64,000 bases of DNA from a bacterium (GTDB lineage Bacteria; UBA8248), in contig CBDBZU010000004.1 in the NCBI GenBank assembly GCA_965213625.1, positions 992,001 through 1,056,000 on the forward strand, written 5' to 3'. A model generated the notes under the pieces. It had not been told where the DNA came from. It did no database searches and saw nothing but the letters and a program-made list of their open reading frames with translations. This document shows positions 57,870 through 64,000 of the stretch, piece after piece (the stretch's first letter is position 1; every line of letters starts with the position of its first letter). A program made the position numbers and the translations under genes.

Positions 57870-58292
57870 CTACGAGGGCTCCGGAAGCCGCCAGATGCGA
57901 GGCGAGGCGAGTTCGACGCTGTTCCCCGCCGGGTCCCTGAAGTAGATGGAGCGCCCGCCGCCGGGCCAGTCGACCTCCTTCTCGACCCCCACGCCTTGCT
58001 CGACCAGCCGCTCCCGCCAGGCGGGCAACTCGGCCTCGCGTATGGAGAACGTCACATGCCCCGGCCCCGCAGCACCATGCGACGGCACGCCGAGTTTCAA
58101 GTCGGGCCGGGCGGTCGCTTCGGGGTTAAAGACGAGGAAGACGGCATGCGGCCCGCTGTAAAAGAAAACGTGGCGTCCCGGCGCTTTCTGGAAGGCTTCG
58201 AGGCCTAAAACGGAGCGGTAGAAGGCCTCCGCCGCTTCGAGATCCTCAGCGTAAATGCATGTTTCCAGGACGCCTGCGACATTAAGGCTCAA
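57870..58292 (-). CDS. VOC (glyoxalase/bleomycin resistance) family protein
   Basis: VLETCIY..DL.AA..FY..VLGL, HGA.GPGH..F, SIYFRDPAGNSVEL; TTG start next to the ech stop. Confidence 0.9.
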   Translation of the reverse strand: MSLNVAGVLETCIYAEDLEAAEAFYRSVLGLEAFQKAPGRHVFFYSGPHAVFLVFNPEATARPDLKLGVPSHGAAGPGHVTFSIREAELPAWRERLVEQGVGVEKEVDWPGGGRSIYFRDPAGNSVELASPRIWRLPEPS

Positions 58293-58293
58293 C

Positions 58294-59070
58294 TCATCGG
58301 CCCTTCCATTCGGGCTTTCTCTTCTCCAGGAAGGCGCGCAGGCCCTCCGCCTTGTCCTCTGTTTCGCAGAGCGCGCCCTGGGCGAATTTCTCGAGAGCAA
58401 GGCCCGCCGTCATGCTGCCCTCCATGCCGTAGTGCACCATGGCCTTCATGAACTGGGGTACGAAAGGCGCGTAGGCTGCGAGTTTTTCGGCCATCTTCCT
58501 CACCGTGGGCATGAGCTCCTCCGCCTCGACCAGCCGGGTGATGAGGCCGATCTCGAGCGCGCGTTTTGCGTCGAAGGTCTCCCCCATCAGGAGCATCTCC
58601 ATCGCCCAGGCGCGCCCGATGAGACGGGGCAGACGCTGCGTGGCGCCCCCGCCCGGGATAATGCCGATTTTCCCCTCTGGCGTGGCGAATTTCGAGGCAG
58701 GAGTCGCGATACGCAAATCACAGCCGAGAGCCACCTCCAAACCCCCGCCCATGCAAAAGCCGTTGATGGCCGCGATCGTCGCCTTGGGCGTTCTCTCCAG
58801 GCGCTCCGCCACGCCTTGGACCAGCGGGGTGAGCGCAATGGCGAGGTTTCGGTGTTCGACTTCCTGTAAGTCCGAGCCTGAGGCGAACGCCTTCTCGCCC
58901 GCTCCGGTGATGGCGATAACCCGGACGGCTTCATTATCCGCCGCTTCGGCGATGGCGGCGTGGAGATCGTCCAGCGTGGCCAGGGATATGGCATTATGTC
59001 GATTCGGGCGGTTGATGGTGATGAGGGCGAGGGGCCCTTCGACTTCATATAATAGGTTTTCGTATGGCAT
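58294..59070 (-). CDS. Enoyl-CoA hydratase/isomerase family protein
   Basis: INRP..HNA, KAFASGSD, AAINGFCMGGGLEVALGCD, PEGKIGIIPGGGATQRLPRLIG. Confidence 0.95.
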   Translation of the reverse strand: MPYENLLYEVEGPLALITINRPNRHNAISLATLDDLHAAIAEAADNEAVRVIAITGAGEKAFASGSDLQEVEHRNLAIALTPLVQGVAERLERTPKATIAAINGFCMGGGLEVALGCDLRIATPASKFATPEGKIGIIPGGGATQRLPRLIGRAWAMEMLLMGETFDAKRALEIGLITRLVEAEELMPTVRKMAEKLAAYAPFVPQFMKAMVHYGMEGSMTAGLALEKFAQGALCETEDKAEGLRAFLEKRKPEWKGR

Positions 59071-59135
59071 GGTCGTCCTTTCTCCTAGGTGACTGTGCCG
59101 GTCATTGTATGGCTCTTTTAGCGGGAAGGAAAAGG

Positions 59136-59663
59136 ATGTCTCCGAAAAAGGTGAGGGAGGTTACGACGTGCGCGCCACGGAGATACGGGCGGTATCGCTA
59201 TTTTCTGGAGGTACGGATTGCGGAGGAGCCCACACGAACACTCACCGTTATCCTCAAGAACCCGTCCACAGCGTCTGCGGAGAGGAGCGATCCAACCGTG
59301 GGGAAAGTGGAGGCCTGGGCGCGCAAGAACAAATTCGGGCGGATCCGGTACGTAAACCTGTTCGCGCTTCGCTCTCCTTATCCCGAAGAACTGAACGCAC
59401 ATTCCTACCGGGTGATGGTGGGGAGAGAGAACGATGCCTGGATAAGGAGGAGCCTCAACGGCGCGGACGTGGTGCTGGCCGCCTGGGGGAATCCCAACGG
59501 TGTCGACACCGAGAAATACGAGAGAAGAATCGCCAAGGTCTCGCAGTTGCTCGAAGGAGTCCGAATCCGCGCCCTGGGAACTCCGACCATGCTCGGCTAC
59601 CCTCGGCACGGCCTCATGTGGAACGGGGAGCTTGTATTGCGCGAATGGCCACCCGGTCTTTAA
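59136..59663 (+). CDS. DUF1643 family protein
   Basis: YRY.L, KNPSTA....DPT, VNLFALR..YP..L, VG.END, AAWG, G.PRH.L. Confidence 0.85.
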   Translation: MSPKKVREVTTCAPRRYGRYRYFLEVRIAEEPTRTLTVILKNPSTASAERSDPTVGKVEAWARKNKFGRIRYVNLFALRSPYPEELNAHSYRVMVGRENDAWIRRSLNGADVVLAAWGNPNGVDTEKYERRIAKVSQLLEGVRIRALGTPTMLGYPRHGLMWNGELVLREWPPGL

Positions 59664-60652
59664 TTCTCTCTCACAATCTTGTTTTTCAGGACGCCGATTC
59701 CTTCGATTTCAAGCTCGATTACGTCGCCCGGCTTTATCCATTTATCAAGATCCGCCCCGCAGCCGGTGGCCACGGTGCCCGAGCCGAACATTTCCCCCGG
59801 AACCAGTTCTTCTTCCATCGAGGCGTATTCGATCATCTTGTTCCATGAATAGTAGGCGTCGCCCGCGTTACCCCGGCTCCACTCCTCGCCGTTGACGCGG
59901 GCGATCATCACTGCGTCGGTGGGGTCGAACTCATCCGCCGTAACGACACACGGACCGATCGCCGTGCCGAAATCCTTGCCCTTGTGGGGTCCCAGCCAGT
60001 TTTTCATCTCATTGATCTGGATGTCGCGCGCGCTGAAATCATTCAGCACACTGAAGCCGAAAACGTGATCCATGGCGTTTTCCTGTGTGATGTCCTTGCC
60101 GCGCTTTCCGATGAACATGGCGAGTTCGAGTTCATAGTCGAGTTTTTTGGTGTAGTGCGGCCATTTGAGTTCGTCATCCGGGCCGATGATGGTCAAACGG
60201 TTTCCCTTGTAGCAAGAAGGAAGCTCGTACCAGATGGGGTCGATGGTGGTGTTCCGGCGACGCGCGCCCGCTGCCTTGTGTCCCTCGTGGATCAGAAAAT
60301 CGCGAAACGTGACGGGTTGGGGCACCGGAGGGCGCAAACGCGCCTCATCGAGGGAGAAGGCGAGTTGCTCCCCATCCGGTCCGCGTCTCGAAGTGTCGGC
60401 CAGAATAAATTCCTGCGCCGCCCGGGCAGCCTGTAGGGATGGTTCTCCGCCAGCCATCAGTTCGCACATATCCTGAGGAAGCCTGAAGTCCGCGTATTCT
60501 CGAAAGCGCGGTTCTGCGCCTTCTTCCTGGAGGAGCGCAGCGTAGCCGTGGGCGAGGTCCAGGGCGATAGGGCCGTCTGCGCCCTCCACCAGAGCGCCGA
60601 CGCGCGGGACGTTTCCGAGAGGGGTGGCGATTTCGAACGTAACGAATTTCAT
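59660..60652 (-). CDS. Fumarylacetoacetate hydrolase family protein
   Basis: RDF..HE.H, YKGN, LDYELELA, NDFSARDIQ, KGKDF, GSGT..GCG, IEGIG.L.N. Confidence 0.93.
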   Translation of the reverse strand: MKFVTFEIATPLGNVPRVGALVEGADGPIALDLAHGYAALLQEEGAEPRFREYADFRLPQDMCELMAGGEPSLQAARAAQEFILADTSRRGPDGEQLAFSLDEARLRPPVPQPVTFRDFLIHEGHKAAGARRRNTTIDPIWYELPSCYKGNRLTIIGPDDELKWPHYTKKLDYELELAMFIGKRGKDITQENAMDHVFGFSVLNDFSARDIQINEMKNWLGPHKGKDFGTAIGPCVVTADEFDPTDAVMIARVNGEEWSRGNAGDAYYSWNKMIEYASMEEELVPGEMFGSGTVATGCGADLDKWIKPGDVIELEIEGIGVLKNKIVREN

Positions 60653-60802
60653 TGCTGTCTCCATGAATGAGGCAGGTGATACGGGAGTTCCGAGATTGTT
60701 TGGAAAATAGCACAAATCCCCTGGCGTGAGGAGGTGAAGCGTACCGGAGAACGAAGGCCAAATACCCTGAATACTGGAAGTTGTAAAAAATTCCTCCGGG
60801 GC

Positions 60803-60831
60803 TTGACTTCGACCATGGCTGTGGGTAGTTT
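60803..60831 (+). promoter_or_regulatory. Putative sigma70 promoter of atp operon
   Basis: TTGACT-N17-TAGTTT preceded by an A-rich tract. Confidence 0.5.
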
Positions 60832-60975
60832 TAAGCGTTTTTCGGGGCAGGACATCAAGCCATGCCCCTGAAAACCATACGATTTCATACGCCATTCCCC
60901 GACGGTTTTTCGTGGAAGCGCCCGAATCTCCTCGGGATGGGTCTGTGCCCTATAAGGCATGATGCAGAGGAAACG

Positions 60976-61554
60976 ATGGTCCGCCTTTTCCGCTTGAAAC
61001 GATTCGCTCTCGGCCTGACGCCAATTCTAATGCTTCTGGCCGCGCCGTCTATCTCTTGGGCGGCGAGCGCTCCCACGAGCGGCTTCGGCGCTTGGCTCGC
61101 GAGCTTCAACGTGGGAAGCGGCGCCCTCGTCATCAACCCGGTCGTCATCCTGATTCAGTGGACCAACTTCCTGATCCTGTTGGTTGTCCTCAACAAAATA
61201 CTGATTAAACCCCTGTTGAACCACATGGAATCGCGCGATTCGCAGATCACCGGCGATCTCGAGACCGCCGAGCGTGACAGGAGCGAGGCGGCAGGCTACA
61301 TCAGCCAGTACGAGGACGCTCTGGCGGAAATTCAGCGCGAGAATACAGAAGCTCTCATTGCGCTCCAGCAGGAGATGACCGAAACGACTCGTAAGCGACT
61401 CGACGATATTCGCGAGAGAACAGGCCGCGAGATTGAGGAAACGCGTCAGTCCATCGCTGCGCAGGCGAAACAGGCGGCTTCCGAGCTCGAGAGTAGCGCC
61501 AGCCGGCTGGCGGGTGATATCGCCACGAGGCTTGCGGGCCGCAGCATCGCATAG
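60976..61554 (+). CDS. F0F1 ATP synthase subunit b'
   Basis: IQWTNFLILL.VLNKILIKPL...ME.R followed by coiled coil; directly upstream of subunit b. Confidence 0.88.
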   Translation: MVRLFRLKRFALGLTPILMLLAAPSISWAASAPTSGFGAWLASFNVGSGALVINPVVILIQWTNFLILLVVLNKILIKPLLNHMESRDSQITGDLETAERDRSEAAGYISQYEDALAEIQRENTEALIALQQEMTETTRKRLDDIRERTGREIEETRQSIAAQAKQAASELESSASRLAGDIATRLAGRSIA

Positions 61555-61569
61555 AGGATTCGACAAGCC

Positions 61570-62172
61570 GTGCTTTCAGAGAAAAAATTCAGCAGCCTTT
61601 TGGGCCTTCTTGTTCTGGTGGCGGCCCTGCTTTCTTCGGAATGGGTCCTGGCCGCGGAGGCCGGAGCTCACGCCAAGGCGTTCAGCTTCACCGAGGAACT
61701 CTTCAAGATCGTCAACACACTCATCGTCGTGGGCATTCTCTACAAGGTCGCGTATCACCCCATCAGGAACTTCCTCAAGGACAGAAGAGAGGGGATACGC
61801 AAGGCGCTCGAGGAATCCCGGGCGGCCCGCGAAGAGGCGGAAAAAGAGCTTGCCGAGCAACGTTCCAAGGTGGCCGATCTGGAAGCCGAACTCGTGCGCG
61901 TTCGCGAACAGGGTAAGAAAGAGCGCGCCGCGATGCAGGAGAGACTGGAAGAAGAACAGGAGAATCAGGCGCAGCGCCTGCTCGAGCAGACGAGAACGAC
62001 CATCGAGCTCGAGGCTTCCAAGGCGCGCGCGGATCTACAGAATCAGGCGGCGAGTCTGGCGTTGAACCTGGCAGAAGAGATGCTCAAAAAAGAGTTGGGC
62101 GAGGCGGATCAAGAAAGATTCGTCGAAAACTATCTCGCCAAGCTCAATGATAGAAACGGAGGATCGCTGTGA
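61570..62172 (+). CDS. atpF: F0F1 ATP synthase subunit b
   Basis: KIVN.LI..GILYK....PI.NFL..RRE.I followed by coiled coil. Confidence 0.92.
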   Translation: MLSEKKFSSLLGLLVLVAALLSSEWVLAAEAGAHAKAFSFTEELFKIVNTLIVVGILYKVAYHPIRNFLKDRREGIRKALEESRAAREEAEKELAEQRSKVADLEAELVRVREQGKKERAAMQERLEEEQENQAQRLLEQTRTTIELEASKARADLQNQAASLALNLAEEMLKKELGEADQERFVENYLAKLNDRNGGSL

Positions 62173-62711
62173 TTGGTGGCGAGGCGGCGCGCCGCTATGC
62201 GCGTGCGTTGGTGGACATTGCCGAGAGCCGTAGCGTTCTGGATGAAACCGGAGAAGCGCTGTCGGAGATAGCGGGCGAGTTCCAGGGAAATCTGGAGTTG
62301 CGGCGCGTTTTGCTCAATCCACGATTTGCGCGCGCTGAGCGGGTGAAGATACTCGATGAGATTATGGCCGCATCGGGCGCAGACGAGTTGTTGCGCAACT
62401 TCGTGCGTGTGGTGGCCGAGAAAGACCGCATCGGCGAACTCTCCGATATGGCGCACAGTTACCAGCAACTTGCGGATGAGAGACGCGGCCGGGTTCGCGC
62501 ACAAGTGAAGGCGGCTTACGACCTGGATGCAGAGGCCATCGAGGGTCTCCGCGAAAAGCTCTCCGAGATTACGGGCCGTGAGGTACTCATGGGAGTGGAG
62601 ACGGACGAGACACTGATTGGCGGGCTGGTCTGTCGCGTTGGCGGCGTCATTATGGACGGCAGCATCAAGAACCAGCTACGCAATTTAAGGAAAACGTTGA
62701 TTACGAGTTGA
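62169..62711 (+). CDS. atpH: F0F1 ATP synthase subunit delta
   Basis: [17 protein letters not shown]...DGSI..QL. Confidence 0.96.
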   Translation: MIGGEAARRYARALVDIAESRSVLDETGEALSEIAGEFQGNLELRRVLLNPRFARAERVKILDEIMAASGADELLRNFVRVVAEKDRIGELSDMAHSYQQLADERRGRVRAQVKAAYDLDAEAIEGLREKLSEITGREVLMGVETDETLIGGLVCRVGGVIMDGSIKNQLRNLRKTLITS

Positions 62712-62749
62712 TACTCCAAGAACAAGTTGAAGGATCAAGGGGGCAATCC

Positions 62750-64000
62750 ATGCAGATTCGCGCCGAAGAAATCAGCCAGATCATTCAGAAACAAATCGAG
62801 GGTTTCGACGCCTCGGTCGAACTCGCCGAGACTGGCAGCGTCATTTCGGTGGGCGACGGCATCGCCCGTATCTATGGTCTCGAGAAGTGCATGGCCGGTG
62901 AGTTGCTGGCCTTCCCCGGTGATTTGTTTGGGATGGCGCTCAACCTCGAAACCGACAACGTCGGCGCCGTGCTCTTAGGTGATGACCGCGCCATCAAGGA
63001 GGGTGACGAGGTCCGGCGCACGGGCCGAATTGTCGAGGTGCCCGTCGGCAAGGCGCTGGCCGGACGCGTCGTGAACGCGCTGGGCCAGCCCATCGACGGA
63101 AAAGGCCCCATCGAGACCGATGATACCCAAAACCTTGAGGTTATCGCCCCCGGCGTGGTGGAGCGCCAGCCCGTGAAAGAACCTTTGCAGACGGGCATCA
63201 AGGCGATCGACGGCATGGTGCCGATTGGCCGCGGCCAACGCGAACTCATCATCGGCGACAGGCAGACCGGCAAGACCGCTATCGCGATCGACGCCATCAT
63301 CAACCAGAAGAACACCGACGTGTATTGCATCTACGTCTGCACCGGCCAAAAGCGTTCCACGCTTGCGCAGGTGGTGAGCACGCTTGAGGAATACGGCGCG
63401 ATGGACTACACCGTCGTCGTGGCGGCCACGGCGTCAGACCCGGCGCCCCTGCAGTACATCTCCCCGTATGCAGGGTGCGCTATCGGCGAATATTTCCGCG
63501 ACAACGGCATGCACGCGCTGATCATCTATGACGACCTTTCGAAACAGGCGGCGGCCTATCGCCAGCTTTCTCTCATGCTCAGGCGCCCGCCGGGCCGCGA
63601 GGCCTATCCTGGAGATGTCTTCTACCTGCATTCGCGCCTACTGGAGCGCGCGGCCAAGCTGAACGACGATTTGGGCGGCGGTTCGCTCACGGCCCTGCCC
63701 ATCATCGAGACGCAGGCGGGTGACGTGTCGGCCTATATTCCGACGAACGTGATCTCCATCACCGACGGGCAGATATATCTCGAATCCGCCCTGTTCCACT
63801 CGGGTATCCGGCCTGCCATCAACGTGGGTCTTTCCGTCTCCCGTGTGGGAGGCGCCGCACAGAACAGGGCGATGAAAAAGGTGGCCGGCACCTTGCGCCT
63901 CGATTTGGCGCAGTACCGCGAGATGGCGGCTTTCGCACAGTTCGGCTCCGAGCTCGATGCGGCCACGCAGGCGCAGCTCGCACGGGGTTCTCGCCTGACG
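62750..64000 (+). CDS. atpA: F0F1 ATP synthase subunit alpha, 3'-truncated by window edge
   Basis: Translation [65 protein letters not shown]. Confidence 0.98.
   Translation, partial: MQIRAEEISQIIQKQIEGFDASVELAETGSVISVGDGIARIYGLEKCMAGELLAFPGDLFGMALNLETDNVGAVLLGDDRAIKEGDEVRRTGRIVEVPVGKALAGRVVNALGQPIDGKGPIETDDTQNLEVIAPGVVERQPVKEPLQTGIKAIDGMVPIGRGQRELIIGDRQTGKTAIAIDAIINQKNTDVYCIYVCTGQKRSTLAQVVSTLEEYGAMDYTVVVAATASDPAPLQYISPYAGCAIGEYFRDNGMHALIIYDDLSKQAAAYRQLSLMLRRPPGREAYPGDVFYLHSRLLERAAKLNDDLGGGSLTALPIIETQAGDVSAYIPTNVISITDGQIYLESALFHSGIRPAINVGLSVSRVGGAAQNRAMKKVAGTLRLDLAQYREMAAFAQFGSELDAATQAQLARGSRLT

Overview
GC-rich chromosomal segment from a diderm (Gram-negative) bacterium. It has outer-membrane proteins, a split atp operon beginning at atpF'/atpF and a full iscRSUA-hscBA-fdx-iscX operon. 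The autotransporter type, vanadium haloperoxidase, many CoA-transferases and GTAG-REP palindromes suggest a marine, possibly sponge-associated, Nitrospinota/Deltaproteobacteria-like lineage, but this is inference only. Housekeeping genes include gyrA (3' part), truD, mutY, isc, rsmI, engB, nfo-like, trxB, an orphan nuoI, pncB, nrnA and atpF'FHA. The strongest hidden signal, missed by the ORF track, is a pair of translationally coupled genes with in-frame UGA codons just upstream of trxB: a UxxC glutaredoxin (34134-34379) and a 99-aa tandem zinc-ribbon-like protein with two CxxU motifs (34376-34675), each UGA followed by a SECIS-like hairpin. Other notable items are an autotransporter carrying three tandem double-Cache-like repeats next to an aromatic amino-acid decarboxylase, a Tat-exported vanadium haloperoxidase paired with a frameshifted porin, a family of REP-carrying MITE-like elements with IS1182-type ends plus an intact IS1182 nested in one of them, and a GGA-rich non-coding repeat region resembling a CsrA-sponging sRNA. 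No rRNA, tRNA or CRISPR array was seen.
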